64,000 nt of DNA from Eledone cirrhosa (GCA_964016885.1 OZ024741.1:22320001-22384000), one strand, 5' to 3'; shown: positions 38,901 to 56,900, counted from the stretch's first letter. Notes: generated by a model not told the origin, from the letters alone. Made by a program: numbers and translations.

Positions 38901-41900
38901 AATGAAAGACACTGTCTATATCATTAACCCTTTCATTACCATATGTCTAATGAAAGACACTGCCTATGTCATTAACCCTTTCATTACAATATTTCTAATG
39001 AAAGAGACTGTCTATGTCATTAACCCTTTCATTACCATATGTCTACTGAAAGACACTGTCTATGTCATTAACCCTTTCATTACCATATTTCTAATGAAAG
39101 ACACTGTCTATTGCATTAACCCTTTGATTACCATATTTCTAATGCAAGACACTACCTATGTCATTACCCCTTTCATTACCATATTTCTAATGAAAGACAC
39201 TGTCTATGTCATTAACCCTTTCATTACCATATTTCTAATGAAAGACATTGTCTATGTCATTAACCCTTTCATTACCATATTTCTAATGAAAGACACTGTC
39301 TATTGCATTAACCCTTTCATTACCTTATTTCTAATGCAAGACACTACCTATGTCATTACCCCTTTCATTACCATATTTCTAATGAAAGACACTGTCTATG
39401 TCATTAACCCTTTCATTACCATATTTCTAATGAAAGACACTGTCTATGTCATTAACGCTTTCATTACCATATGTCTAATGAAAGACACTACATATGTTCT
39501 TAACCCTTTCATAACCATATTTCTAATGAAAGACACTACCTATGTCATTAACCCTTTCATTACCATATTTCTAATGAAAGACACTGTCTATGTCATTAAC
39601 CCTTTCATTACCATATTTCTAATGAAAGACACTACCTATGTCATTAAGCCTTTCATTACCATATTTATAATGAAAGAGACTGTCTATGTCATTAACCCTT
39701 TCATTAACATATGTCTACTGAAAGACACTGTCTATGTCATTAACCCTTTCATTACCATATTTCTAATGAAAGACACTGTCTATTGCATTAACCCTTTCAT
39801 TACCATATTTCTAATGAAAGACACTGTCTATATCATTAACCCTTTCATTACCATATGTCTAATGAAAGACACTGCCTATGTCATTAACCCTTTCATTACA
39901 ATATTTCTAATGAAAGAGACTGTCTATGTCATTAACCCTTTCATTACCATATGTCTACTGAAAGACACTGTCTATGTCATTAACCCTTTCATTACCATAT
40001 TTCTAATGAAAGACACTGTCTATTGCATTAACCCTTTCATTACCATATTTCTAATGCAAGACACTACCTATGTCATTACCCCTTTCATTACCATATTTCT
40101 AATGAAAGACACTGTCTATGTCATTAACGCTTTCATTACCATATTTCTAATGAAAGACACTGTCTATGTCATTAACCCTTTCATTACCATATGTCTAATG
40201 AAAGACACTACATATGTTCTTAACCCTTTCATTACCATATTTCTAATGAAAGACACTACCTATGTCATTAACCCTTTCATTACCATATTTCTAATGAAAG
40301 ACACTGTCTATGTCATTAACCCTTTCATTACCATATTTCTAATGAAAGACACTACCTATGTCATTAACCCTTTCATTACAATATTTCTAATGAAAGACAC
40401 TTTCTATGTCATTAACCCTTTCATTACCATATTTCTAACGAAAGACACTGTCTATGTCATAAACTCTTTCATTACCATGTCTAGTGAAAGACACTACCTA
40501 TGTCATTAACCCTTTGATTACCATATTTCTAATGAAAGACATTACCTATGTCATTAACCCTTTCATTACCATATTTCTAATGAAAGACACTGTCAATGTC
40601 ATTAACCCTTTCATTACCATATGTCTAATGAAAGACACTACCTATGTCATTAACCCTTTCATTACCATATTTCTAATGAAAGACACTACCTATGTCATTA
40701 ACCCTTTCATTACCATATTTCTAATGAAAGACACTGTCTATGTCATTAACCCTTTCATTACCATATTTCTAATGAAAGACACTATCTATGTCATTAACCC
40801 TTTCATTACCATATTTCTAATGAAAGACACTACCTATGTCATTAACCCTTTCATTACCATATTTCTAATGAAAGACACTACCTATGTCATTAACCCTTTC
40901 ATTACCATATTTCTAATGAAAGACACTGTCTATGTCATTAACCCTTTCATTACCATATTTCTAATGAAAGACACTGTCTATGTCATTAACCCTTTCATTA
41001 CCATATTTCTAATGAAAGACACTGTCTATGTCATTAACCCTTTCATTACCATATTTCTAATGAAAGACACTATCTATGTCATTAACCCTTTCATTACCAT
41101 ATTTCTAATGAAAGACACTGTCTATGTCATTAACCCTTTCATTACCATATTTCTAATGAAAGACACTGTCTATGTCATTAACCCTTTCAGTACCATATTT
41201 CTAATGAAAGACACTACCTATGTCATTAACCCTTTCATTACCATATTTCGAATGAAAGACACTGTCTATGTCATTAACCCTTTCATTACCATATATCTAA
41301 TGAAAGACACTGTCTACGTCATTAACCCTTTCATTACCATATTTCTAATGAAAGACACTATCTATGTTATTAACCCTTTCATTACCATATTTCTAACGAA
41401 AGACCCTGTCTATGTCATTAACCCTTCATTACCATGTTTCTAATGAAAGACACTGTCTATGTCATTAACCCTTTCAGTACCATATTTCTAATGAAAGACA
41501 CTACCTATGTCATTAACCCTTTCATTACCATATTTCGAATGAAAGATACTACCTATGTCATTAACCCTTTCATTACCATATATCTAATGAAAGACACTGT
41601 CTATGTCATTAACCCTTTCATTACCATATGTCTACTGAAAGACACTGTCTATGTCATTAACCCTTTCATTACCAGATGTCTCATGAAAGACACTGTGTAT
41701 GTCATTAACCCTTTCATTACCATATTTCTAATGAAAGACACTGTCTATGTCATTAACCCTTTCATTACCATATTTCTAATGAAAAACACTACCTATGTCA
41801 TTAACCCTTTCATTACCATATTTCTAATGAAAGACACTGCCTATGTCATTAACCCTTTCATTACCATATTTCTAATGAAACACACTGTCTATGTCATTAA

Positions 41901-44900
41901 CTCTTTCATTACCATATGTCTAATAACAGACACTGTCTATGTCATTAACCCTTTCAGTACCATATTTCTAATGAAAGACACTACCTATGTCATTAACCCT
42001 TTCATTACCATATTTCTAATGAAAGACACTACCTATGTCATTAACCTTTCATTGCCATATTTCTAATGAAAGACACTACCTATGTCATTAACCCTTTCAT
42101 TACCATATTTCAAATGAAAGACACTACCTATGTCATTAACCCTTTCATTACCGTATTTCTAATGAAAGACACTGTCTATTGCATTAACCCTTTCATTACC
42201 ATATTTCTAATGCAAGACACTACCTATGTCATTACCCCTTTCATTACCATATTTCTAATGAAAGACACTGTCTATGTCATTAACCCTTTCATTACCATAT
42301 TTCTAATGAAAGACACTGTCTATGTCATTAACGCTTTCATTACCATATGTCTAATGAAAGACACTACATATGTTCTTAACCCTTTCATAACCATATTTCT
42401 AATGAAAGACACTACCTATGTCATTAACCCTTTCATTACCATATTTCTAATGAAAGACACTGTCTATGTCATTAACCCTTTCATTACCATATTTCTAATG
42501 AAAGACACTACCTATGTCATTAAGCCTTTCATTACCATTTTTATAATGAAAGAGACTGTCTATGTCATTAACCCTTTCATTAACATATGTCTACTGAAAG
42601 ACACTGTCTATGTCATTAACCCTTTCATTACCATATTTCTAATGAAAGACACTGTCTATTGCATTAACCCTTTCATTACCATATTTCTAATGAAAGACAC
42701 TGTCTATATCATTAACCCTTTCATTACCATATGTCTAATGAAAGACACTGCCTATGTCATTAACCCTTTCATTACAATATTTCTAATGAAAGAGACTGTC
42801 TATGTCATTAACCCTTTCATTACCATATGTCTACTGAAAGACACTGTCTATGTCATTAACCCTTTCATTACCATATTTCTAATGAAAGACACTGTCTATG
42901 TCATTAACCCTTTCATTACCATATTTCTAATGAAAGACACTAACGATGTCATTAACCCTTTCATTACCATATTTCTAATGAAAGACACTACCTATGTCAT
43001 TAACCCTTTCATTACCATATTTCTAATGAAAGACACTGTCTATGTCATTAACCCTTTCATTACCATATTTCTAATAAAAGACACTACCTATGTCATTAAC
43101 CCTTTCATTACCATATTTATAATGAAAGACACTGTCTATTGCATTAACCCTTTCATTACCATATTTCTAATGAAAGACACTGCCTATGTCATTAACCCTT
43201 TCATTACCATATTTCTAATGAAAGACACTGTCTATGTCATTAACCCTTTCATTACCATATTTATAATGAAAGACACTGCCTATGTCATTAACCCTTTCTT
43301 TACCATATGTCTAATGAAAGACACTGCCTATGTCATTAACCCTTTCATTACAATATTTCTAATGAAAGAGACTGTCTATGTCATTAACCCTTTCATTACC
43401 ATATGTCTACTGAAAGACACTGTCTATATCATTAACCCTTTCATTACCATATTTCTATTGAAAGACACTATCTATGTCATTAACCCTTTCGTTACCATAT
43501 TTCTAATGAATGACACTAGCTATGTCATTAACCCTTTCATTACCATGTTTCTAATGAAAGACACTACCTATGTCATTAACCCTTTCATTACCATATTTCT
43601 AATGAAAGACACTGTCTATGTCATTAACCCTTTCATTACCATATTTCTAATGAAAGACACTGTCTATGTCATTAACCCTTTCATTACCATATTTCTAATG
43701 AAAGACACTATCTATGTCATTAACCCTTTCATTACCATATTTCTAATGAAAGACACTGTCTATGTCATTAACTCTTTCATTACCATATGTCTAATAACAG
43801 ACACTGTCTATGTCATTAACCCTTTCAGTACCATATTTCTAATGAAAGACACTACCTATGTCATTAACCCTTTCATTACCATATTTCTAATGAAAGACAC
43901 TACCTATGTCATTAACCTTTCATTGCCATATTTCTAATGAAAGACACTACCTATGTCATTAACCCTTTCATTACCATATTTCAAATTAAAGACACTACCT
44001 ATGTCATTAACCCTTTCATTACCATATTTCTAATGAAAGACACTGTCTATTGCATTAACCCTTTCATTACCATATTTCTAATGCAAGACACTACCTATGT
44101 CATTACCCCTTTCATTACCATATTTCTAATGAAAGACACTGTCTATGTCATTAACCCTTTCATTACCATATTTCTAATGAAAGACACTGTCTATGTCATT
44201 AACGCTTTCATTACCATATGTCTAATGAAAGACACTACATATGTTCTTAACCCTTTCATAACCATATTTCTAATGAAAGACACTACCTATGTCATTAACC
44301 CTTTCATTACCATATTTCTAATGAAAGACACTGTCTATGTCATTAACCCTTTCATTACCATATTTCTAATGAAAGACACTACCTATGTCATTAAGCCTTT
44401 CATTACCATATTTATAATGAAAGAGACTGTCTATGTCATTAACCCTTTCATTAACATATGTCTACTGAAAGACACTGTCTATGTCATTAACCCTTTCATT
44501 ACCATATTTCTAATGAAAGACACTGTCTATTGCATTAACCCTTTCATGACCATATTTCTAATGAAAGACACTGTCTATATCATTAACCCTTTCATTACCA
44601 TATGTCTAATGAAAGACACTGCCTATGTCATTAACCCTTTCATTACAATATTTCTAATGAAAGAGACTGTCTATGTCATTAACCCTTTCATTACCATATG
44701 TCTACTGAAAGACACTGTCTATGTCATTAACCCTTTCATTACCATATTTCTAATGAAAGACACTGTCTATGTCATTAACCCTTTCATTACCATATTTCTA
44801 ATGAAAGACACTGTCTATTGCATTAACCCTTTCATTACCATATTTCTAATGCAAGACACTACCTATGTCATTACCCCTTTCATTACCATATTTCTAATGA

Positions 44901-47900
44901 AAGACACTGTCTATGTCATTAACCCTTTCATTACCATATTTCTAATGAAAGACATTGTCTATGTCATTAACCCTTTCATTACCATATTTCTAATGAAAGA
45001 CACTGTCTATTGCATTAACCCTTTCATTACCATATTTCTAATGCAAGACACTACCTATGTCATTACCCCTTTCATTACCATATTTCTAATGAAAGACACG
45101 GTCTATGTCATTAACCCTTTCATTACCATATTTTTAATGAAAGACACTGTCTATGTCATTAACGCTTTCATTACCATATGTCTAATGAAAGACACTACAT
45201 ATGTTCTTAACCCTTTCATAACCATATTTCTAATGAAAGACACTACCTATGTCATTAACCCTTTCATTACCATATTTCTAATGAAAGACACTGTCTATGT
45301 CATTAACCCTTTCATTACCATATTTCTAATGAAAGACACTACCTATGTCATTAAGCCTTTCATTACCATATTTATAATGAAAGAGACTGTCTATGTCATT
45401 AACCCTTTCATTAACATATGTCTACTGAAAGACACTGTCTATGTCATTAACCCTTTCATTACCATATTTTTAATGAAAGACACTGTCTATTGCATTAACC
45501 CTTTCATTACCATATTTCTAATGAAAGACACTGTCTATATCATTAACCCTTTCATTACCATATGTCTAATGAAAGACACTGCCTATGTCATTAACCCTTT
45601 CATTACAATATTTCTAATGAAAGAGACTGTCTATGTCATTAACCCTTTCATTACCATATGTCTACTGAAAGACACTGTCTATGTCATTAACCCTTTCATT
45701 ACCATATTTCTAATGAAAGACACTGTCTATTGCATTAACCCTTTCATTACCATATTTCTAATGCAAGACACTACCTATGTCATTACCCCTTTCATTACCA
45801 TATTTCTAATGAAAGACACTGTCTATGTCATTAACGCTTTCATTACCATATTTCTAATGAAAGACACTGTCTATGTCATTAACCCTTTCATTACCATATG
45901 TCTAATGAAAGACACTACATATGTTCTTAACCCTTTCATTACCATATTTCTAATGAAAGACACTACCTATGTCATTAACCCTTTCATTACCATATTTCTA
46001 ATGAAAGACACTGTCTATGTCATTAACCCTTTCATTACCATATTTCTAATGAAACACACTACCTATGTCATTAACCCTTTCATTACAATATTTCTAATGA
46101 AAGACACTTTCTATGTCATTAACCCTTTCATTACCATATGTCTAATGAAAGACACTACATATGTTCTTAACCCTTTCATTACCATATTTCTAATGAAAGA
46201 CACTACCTATGTCATTAACCCTTTGATTACCATATTTCTAATGAAAGACATTACCTATGTCATTAACCCTTTCATTACCATATTTCTAATGAAAGACACT
46301 GTCTATGTCATTAACCCTTTCATTACCATATGTCTAATGAAAGACACTACCTATGTCATTAACCCTTTCATTACCATATTTCTAATGAAAGACACTACCT
46401 ATGTCATTAACCCTTTCATTACCATATTTCTAATGAAAGACACTGTCTATGTCATTAACCCTTTCATTACCATATTTCTAATGAAAGACACTATCTATGT
46501 CATTAACCCTTTCATTACCATATTTCTAATGAAAGACACTACCTATGTCATTAACCCTTTCATTACCATATTTCTAATGAAAGACACTACCTATGTCATT
46601 AACCCTTTCATTACCATATTTCTAATGAAAGACACTGTCTATGTCATTAACCCTTTCATTACCATATTTCTAATGAAAGACACTATCTATGTCATTAACC
46701 CTTTCATTACCATATTTCTAATGAAAGACACTGTCTATGTCATTAACCCTTTCATTACCATATTTCTAATGAAAGACACTGTCTATGTCATTAACCCTTT
46801 CAGTACCATATTTCTAATGAAAGACACTACCTATGTCATTAACCCTTTCATTACCATATTTCGAATGAAAGACACTGTCTATGTCATTAACCCTTTCATT
46901 ACCATATATCTAATGAAAGACACTGTCTACGTCATTAACCCTTTCATTACCATATTTCTAATGAAAGACACTATCTATGTTATTAACCCTTTCATTACCA
47001 TATTTCTAACGAAAGACCCTGTCTATGTCATTAACCCTTCATTACCATGTTTCTAATGAAAGACACTGTCTATGTCATTAACCCTTTCAGTACCATATTT
47101 CTAATGAAAGACACTACCTTTGTCATTAACCCTTTCATTACCATATTTCGAATGAAAGATACTACCTATGTCATTAACCCTTTCATTACCATATATCTAA
47201 TGAAAGACACTGTCTATGTCATTAACCCTTTCATTACCATATGTCTACTGAAAGACACTGTCTATGTCATTAACCCTTTCATTACCAGATGTCTCATGAA
47301 AGACACTGTGTATGTCATTAACCCTTTCATTACCATATTTCTAATGAAAGACACTGTCTATGTCATTAACCCTTTCATTACCATATTTCTAATGAAAAAC
47401 ACTACCTATGTCATTAACCCTTTCATTACCATATTTCTAATGAAAGACACTGCCTATGTCATTACCCCTTTCATTACCATATTTCTAATGAAACACACTG
47501 TCTATGTCATTAACTCTTTCATTACCATATGTCTAATAACAGACACTGTCTATGTCATTAACCCTTTCAGTACCATATTTCTAATGAAAGACACTACCTA
47601 TGTCATTAACCCTTTCATTACCATATTTCTAATGAAAGACACTACCTATGTCATTAACCTTTCATTGCCATATTTCTAATGAAAGACACTACCTATGTCA
47701 TTAACCCTTTCATTACCATATTTCAAATGAAAGACACTACCTATGTCATTAACCCTTTCATTACCGTATTTCTAATGAAAGACACTGTCTATTGCATTAA
47801 CCCTTTCATTACCATATTTCTAATGCAAGACACTACCTATGTCATTACCCCTTTCATTACCATATTTCTAATGAAAGACACTGTCTATGTCATTAACCCT

Positions 47901-50900
47901 TTCATTACCATATTTCTAATGAAAGACACTGTCTATGTCATTAACGCTTTCATTACCATATGTCTAATGAAAGACACTACATATGTTCTTAACCCTTTCA
48001 TAACCATATTTCTAATGAAAGACACTACCTATGTCATTAACCCTTTCATTACCATATTTCTAATGAAAGACACTGTCTATGTCATTAACCCTTTCATTAC
48101 CATATTTCTAATGAAAGACACTACCTATGTCATTAAGCCTTTCATTACCATTTTTATAATGAAAGAGACTGTCTATGTCATTAACCCTTTCATTAACATA
48201 TGTCTACTGAAAGACACTGTCTATGTCATTAACCCTTTCATTACCATATTTCTAATGAAAGACACTGTCTATTGCATTAACCCTTTCATTACCATATTTC
48301 TAATGAAAGACACTGTCTATATCATTAACCCTTTCATTACCATATGTCTAATGAAAGACACTGCCTATGTCATTAACCCTTTCATTACAATATTTCTAAT
48401 GAAAGAGACTGTCTATGTCATTAACCCTTTCATTACCATATGTCTACTGAAAGACACTGTCTATTGCATTAACCCTTTCATTACCATATTTCTAATGCAA
48501 GACACTACCTATGTCATTACCCCTTTCATTACCATATTTCTAATGAAAGACACTGTCTATGTCATTAACCCTTTCATTACCATATTTCTAATGAAAGACA
48601 TTGTCTATGTCATTAACCCTTTCATTACCATATTTCTAATGAAAGACACTGTCTATGTCATTAACCCTTTCATTACCATATTTCTAATGAAACACACTAC
48701 CTATGTCATTAACCCTTTCATTACAATATTTCTAATGAAAGACACTTTCTATGTCATTAACCCTTTCATTACCATATTTCTAACGAAAGACACTGTCTAT
48801 GTCATAAACTCTTTCATTACCATGTCTAGTGAAAGACACTACCTATGTCATTAACCCTTTGATTACCATATTTCTAATGAAAGACATTACCTATGTCATT
48901 AACCCTTTCATTACCATATTTCTAATGAAAGACACTGTCTATGTCATTAACCCTTTCATTACCATATGTCTAATGAAAGACACTACCTATGTCATTAACC
49001 CTTTCATTACCATATTTCTAATGAAAGACACTACCTATGTCATTAACCCTTTCATTACCATATTTCTAATGAAAGACACTGTCTATGTCATTAACCCTTT
49101 CATTACCATATTTCTAATGAAAGACACTATCTATGTCATTAACCCTTTCATTACCATATTTCTAATGAAAGACACTACCTATGTCATTAACCCTTTCATT
49201 ACCATATTTCTAATGAAAGACACTACCTATGTCATTAACCCTTTCATTACCATATTTCTAATGAAAGACACTGTCTATGTCATTAACCCTTTCATTACCA
49301 TATTTCTAATGAAAGACACTGTCTATGTCATTAACCCTTTCATTACCATATTTCTAATGAAAGACACTGTCTATGTCATTAACCCTTTCATTACCATATT
49401 TCTAATGAAAGACACTATCTATGTCATTAACCCTTTCATTACCATATTTCTAATGAAAGACACTGTCTATGTCATTAACCCTTTCATTACCATATTTCTA
49501 ATGAAAGACACTGTCTATGTCATTAACCCTTTCAGTACCATATTTCTAATGAAAGACACTACCTATGTCATTAACCCTTTCATTACCATATTTCGAATGA
49601 AAGACACTGTCTATGTCATTAACCCTTTCATTACCATATATCTAATGAAAGACACTGTCTACGTCATTAACCCTTTCATTACCATATTTCTAATGAAAGA
49701 CACTATCTATGTTATTAACCCTTTCATTACCATATTTCTAACGAAAGACCCTGTCTATGTCATTAACCCTTCATTACCATGTTTCTAATGAAAGACACTG
49801 TCTATGTCATTAACCCTTTCAGTACCATATTTCTAATGAAAGACACTACCTATGTCATTAACCCTTTCATTACCATATTTCGAATGAAAGATACTACCTA
49901 TGTCATTAACCCTTTCATTACCATATATCTAATGAAAGACACTGTCTATGTCATTAACCCTTTCATTACCATATGTCTACTGAAAGACACTGTCTATGTC
50001 ATTAACCCTTTCATTACCAGATGTCTCATGAAAGACACTGTGTATGTCATTAACCCTTTCATTACCATATTTCTAATGAAAGACACTGTCTATGTCATTA
50101 ACCCTTTCATTACCATATTTCTAATGAAAAACACTACCTATGTCATTAACCCTTTCATTACCATATTTCTAATGAAAGACACTGCCTATGTCATTAACCC
50201 TTTCATTACCATATTTCTAATGAAACACACTGTCTATGTCATTAACTCTTTCATTACCATATGTCTAATAACAGACACTGTCTATGTCATTAACCCTTTC
50301 AGTACCATATTTCTAATGAAAGACACTACCTATGTCATTAACCCTTTCATTACCATATTTCTAATGAAAGACACTACCTATGTCATTAACCTTTCATTGC
50401 CATATTTCTAATGAAAGACACTACCTATGTCATTAACCCTTTCATTACCATATTTCAAATGAAAGACACTACCTATGTCATTAACCCTTTCATTACCGTA
50501 TTTCTAATGAAAGACACTGTCTATTGCATTAACCCTTTCATTACCATATTTCTAATGCAAGACACTACCTATGTCATTACCCCTTTCATTACCATATTTC
50601 TAATGAAAGACACTGTCTATGTCATTAACCCTTTCATTACCATATTTCTAATGAAAGACACTGTCTATGTCATTAACGCTTTCATTACCATATGTCTAAT
50701 GAAAGACACTACATATGTTCTTAACCCTTTCATAACCATATTTCTAATGAAAGACACTACCTATGTCATTAACCCTTTCATTACCATATTTCTAATGAAA
50801 GACACTGTCTATGTCATTAACCCTTTCATTACCATATTTCTAATGCAAGACACTACCTATGTCATTACCCCTTTCATTACCATATTTCTAATGAAAGACA

Positions 50901-53900
50901 CTGTCTATGTCATTAACGCTTTCATTACCATATTTCTAATGAAAGACACTGTCTATGTCATTAACCCTTTCATTACCATATGTCTAATGAAAGACACTAC
51001 ATATGTTCTTAACCCTTTCATTACCATATTTCTAATGAAACACACTACCTATGTCATTAACCCTTTCATTACAATATTTCTAATGAAAGACACTTTCTAT
51101 GTCATTAACCCTTTCATTACCATATTTCTAACGAAAGACACTGTCTATGTCATAAACTCTTTCATTACCATGTCTAGTGAAAGACACTACCTATGTCATT
51201 AACCCTTTGATTACCATATTTCTAATGAAAGACATTACCTATGTCATTAACCCTTTCATTACCATATTTCTAATGAAAGACACTGTCTATGTCATTAACC
51301 CTTTCATTACCATATGTCTAATGAAAGACACTACCTATGTCATTAACCCTTTCATTACCATATTTCTAATGAAAGACACTACCTATGTCATTAACCCTTT
51401 CATTACCATATTTCTAATGAAAGACACTGTCTATGTCATTAACCCTTTCATTACCATATTTCTAATGAAAGACACTATCTATGTCATTAACCCTTTCATT
51501 ACCATATTTCTAATGAAAGACACTACCTATGTCATTAACCCTTTCATTACCATATTTCTAATGAAAGACACTACCTATGTCATTAACCCTTTCATTACCA
51601 TATTTCTAATGAAAGACACTGTCTATGTCATTAACCCTTTCATTACCATATTTCTAATGAAAGACACTGTCTATGTCATTAACCCTTTCATTACCATATT
51701 TCTAATGAAAGACACTGTCTATGTCATTAACCCTTTCATTACCATATTTCTAATGAAAGACACTATCTATGTCATTAACCCTTTCATTACCATATTTCTA
51801 ATGAAAGACACTGTCTATGTCATTAACCCTTTCATTACCATATTTCTAATGAAAGACACTGTCTATGTCATTAACCCTTTCAGTACCATATTTCTAATGA
51901 AAGACACTACCTATGTCATTAACCCTTTCATTACCATATTTCGAATGAAAGACACTGTCTATGTCATTAACCCTTTCATTACCATATATCTAATGAAAGA
52001 CACTGTCTACGTCATTAACCCTTTCATTACCATATTTCTAATGAAAGACACTATCTATGTTATTAACCCTTTCATTACCATATTTCTAACGAAAGACCCT
52101 GTCTATGTCATTAACCCTTCATTACCATGTTTCTAATGAAAGACACTGTCTATGTCATTAACCCTTTCAGTACCATATTTCTAATGAAAGACACTACCTA
52201 TGTCATTAACCCTTTCATTACCATATTTCGAATGAAAGATACTACCTATGTCATTAACCCTTTCATTACCATATATCTAATGAAAGACACTGTCTATGTC
52301 ATTAACCCTTTCATTACCATATGTCTACTGAAAGACACTGTCTATGTCATTAACCCTTTCATTACCAGATGTCTCATGAAAGACACTGTGTATGTCATTA
52401 ACCCTTTCATTACCATATTTCTAATGAAAGACACTGTCTATGTCATTAACCCTTTCATTACCATATTTCTAATGAAAAACACTACCTATGTCATTAACCC
52501 TTTCATTACCATATTTCTAATGAAAGACACTGCCTATGTCATTAACCCTTTCATTACCATATTTCTAATGAAACACACTGTCTATGTCATTAACTCTTTC
52601 ATTACCATATGTCTAATAACAGACACTGTCTATGTCATTAACCCTTTCAGTACCATATTTCTAATGAAAGACACTACCTATGTCATTAACCCTTTCATTA
52701 CCATATTTCTAATGAAAGACACTACCTATGTCATTAACCTTTCATTGCCATATTTCTAATGAAAGACACTACCTATGTCATTAACCCTTTCATTACCATA
52801 TTTCAAATGAAAGACACTACCTATGTCATTAACCCTTTCATTACCGTATTTCTAATGAAAGACACTGTCTATTGCATTAACCCTTTCATTACCATATTTC
52901 TAATGCAAGACACTACCTATGTCATTACCCCTTTCATTACCATATTTCTAATGAAAGACACTGTCTATGTCATTAACCCTTTCATTACCATATTTCTAAT
53001 GAAAGACACTGTCTATGTCATTAACGCTTTCATTACCACATGTCTAATGAAAGACACTACATATGTTCTTAACCCTTTCATAACCATATTTCTAATGAAA
53101 GACACTACCTATGTCATTAACCCTTTCATTACCATATTTCTAATGAAAGACACTGTCTATGTCATTAACCCTTTCATTACCATATTTCTAATGAAAGACA
53201 CTACCTATGTCATTAAGCCTTTCATTACCATTTTTATAATGAAAGAGACTGTCTATGTCATTAACCCTTTCATTAACATATGTCTACTGAAAGACACTGT
53301 CTATGTCATTAACCCTTTCATTACCATATTTCTAATGAAAGACACTGTCTATTGCATTAACCCTTTCATTACCATATTTCTAATGAAAGACACTGTCTAT
53401 ATCATTAACCCTTTCATTACCATATGTCTAATGAAAGACACTGCCTATGTCATTAACCCTTTCATTACAATATTTCTAATGAAAGAGACTGTCTATGTCA
53501 TTAACCCTTTCATTACCATATGTCTACTGAAAGACACTGTCTATTGCATTAACCCTTTCATTACCATATTTCTAATGCAAGACACTACCTATGTCATTAC
53601 CCCTTTCATTACCATATTTCTAATGAAAGACACTGTCTATGTCATTAACCCTTTCATTACCATATTTCTAATGAAAGACATTGTCTATGTCATTAACCCT
53701 TTCATTACCATATTTCTAATGAAAGACACTACCTATGTCATTAACCCTTTCATTACCATATTTATAATGTAAGACACTGTCTATTGCATTAACCCTTTCA
53801 TTACAATATTTCTAATGAAAGAGACTGTCTATGTCATTAACCCTTTCATTACCATATGTCTACTGAAAGACACTGTCTATGTCATTAACGCTTTCATTAC

Positions 53901-56900
53901 CATATTTCTAATGAATGACACTAGCTATGTCATTAACCCTTTCATTACCATATTTCTAATGAAAGACACTACCTATGTCATTAACCCTTTCATTACCATA
54001 TTTCTAATGAAAGACACTGTCTATATCATTAACCCTTTCATTACCATATTTCTAATGAAAGACACTGTCTATGTCATTAACCCTTTCATTACCATATTTC
54101 TAATGAAAGACACTGTCTATGTCATTAACCCTTTCATTACCATATTTCTAATGAAAGACACTAACTATGTCATTAACCCTTTCATTACCATATTTCTAAT
54201 GAAAGACACTACCTATGTCATTAACCCTTTCATTACCATATTTCTAATGAAAGACACTGTCTATGTCATTAACCCTTTCATTACCATATTTCTAATAAAA
54301 GACACTACCTATGTCATTAACCCTTTCATTACCATATTTATAATGAAAGACACTGTCTATTGCATTAACCCTTTCATTACCATATTTCTAATGAAAGACA
54401 CTGCCTATGTCATTAACCCTTTCATTACCATATTTCTAATGAAAGACACTGTCTATGTCATTAACCCTTTCATTACCATATTTATAATGAAAGACACTGC
54501 CTATGTCATTAACCCTTTCTTTACCATATGTCTAATGAAAGACACTGCCTATGTCATTAACCCTTTCATTACAATATTTCTAATGAAAGAGACTGTCTAT
54601 GTCATTAACCCTTTCATTACCATATGTCTACTGAAAGACACTGTCTATATCATTAACCCTTTCATTACCATATTTCTATTGAAAGACACTATCTATGTCA
54701 TTAACCCTTTCGTTACCATATTTCTAATGAATGACACTAGCTATGTCATTAACCCTTTCATTACCATATTTCTAATGAAAGACACTACCTATGTCATTAA
54801 CCCTTTCATTACCATATTTCTAATGAAAGACACTGTCTATGTCATTAACCCTTTCATTACCATATTTCTAATGAAAGACACTGTCTATGTCATTAACCCT
54901 TTCATTACCATATTTCTAATGAAAGACACTATCTATGTCATTAACCCTTTCATTACCATATTTCTAATGAAAGACACTGTCTATGTCATTAACTCTTTCA
55001 TTACCATATGTCTAATAACAGACACTGTCTATGTCATTAACCCTTTCAGTACCATATTTCTAATGAAAGACACTACCTATGTCATTAACCCTTTCATTAC
55101 CATATTTCTAATGAAAGACACTACCTATGTCATTAACCTTTCATTGCCATATTTCTAATGAAAGACACTACCTATGTCATTAACCCTTTCATTACCATAT
55201 TTCAAATGAAAGACACTACCTATGTCATTAACCCTTTCATTACCATATTTCTAATGAAAGACACTGTCTATTGCATTAACCCTTTCATTACCATATTTCT
55301 AATGCAAGACACTACCTATGTCATTACCCCTTTGATTACCATATTTCTAATGAAAGACACTGTCTATGTCATTAACCCTTTCATTACCATATTTCTAATG
55401 AAAGACACTGTCTATGTCATTAACGCTTTCATTACCATATGTCTAATGAAAGACACTACATATGTTCTTAACCCTTTCATAACCATATTTCTAATGAAAG
55501 ACACTACCTATGTCATTAACCCTTTCATTACCATATTTCTAATGAAAGACACTGTCTATGTCATTAACCCTTTCATTACCATATTTCTAATGAAAGACAC
55601 TACCTATGTCATTAAGCCTTTCATTACCATATTTATAATGAAAGAGACTGTCTATGTCATTAACCCTTTCATTAACATATGTCTACTGAAAGACACTGTC
55701 TATGTCATTAACCCTTTCATTACCATATTTCTAATGAAAGACACTGTCTATTGCATTAACCCTTTCATTACCATATTTCTAATGAAAGACACTGTCTATA
55801 TCATTAACCCTTTCATTACCATATGTCTAATGAAAGACACTGCCTATGTCATTAACCCTTTCATTACAATATTTCTAATGAAAGAGACTGTCTATGTCAT
55901 TAACCCTTTCATTACCATATGTCTACTGAAAGACACTGTCTATGTCATTAACCCTTTCATTACCATATTTCTAATGAAAGACACTGTCTATTGCATTAAC
56001 CCTTTCATTACCATATTTCTAATGCAAGACACTACCTATGTCATTACCCCTTTCATTACCATATTTCTAATGAAAGACACTGTCTATGTCATTAACCCTT
56101 TCATTACCATATTTCTAATGAAAGACATTGTCTATGTCATTAACCCTTTCATTACCATATTTCTAATGAAAGACACTACCTATGTCATTAACCCTTTCAT
56201 TACCATATTTATAATGTAAGACACTGTCTATTGCATTAACCCTTTCATTACCATATTTCTAATGAAAGACACTGTTATATCATTAACCCTTTCATTACCA
56301 TATGTCTAATGAAAGACACTGCCTATGTCATTAACCCTTTCATTACAATATTTCTAATGAAAGAGACTGTCTATGTCATTAACCCTTTCATTACCATATG
56401 TCTACTGAAAGACAGTGTCTATGTCATTAACGCTTTCATTACTATATTTCTAATGAATGACACTAGCTATGTCATTAACCCTTTCATTACCATATTTCTA
56501 ATGCAAGACACTACCTATGTCATTACCCCTTTCATTACCATATTTCTAATGAAAGACACTGTCTATGTCATTAACGCTTTCATTACCATATTTCTAATGA
56601 AAGACACTGTCTATGTCATTAACCCTTTCATTACCATATGTCTAATGAAAGACACTACATATGTTCTTAACCCTTTCATTACCATATTTCTAATGAAAGA
56701 CACTACCTATGTCATTAACCCTTTCATTACCATATTTCTAATGAAAGACACTGTCTATGTCATTAACCCTTTCATTACCATATTTCTAATGAAAGACACT
56801 ACCTATGTCATTAACCCTTTCATTACAATATTTCTAATGAAAGACACTTTCTATGTCATTAACCCTTTCATTACCATATTTCTAACGAAAGACACTGTCT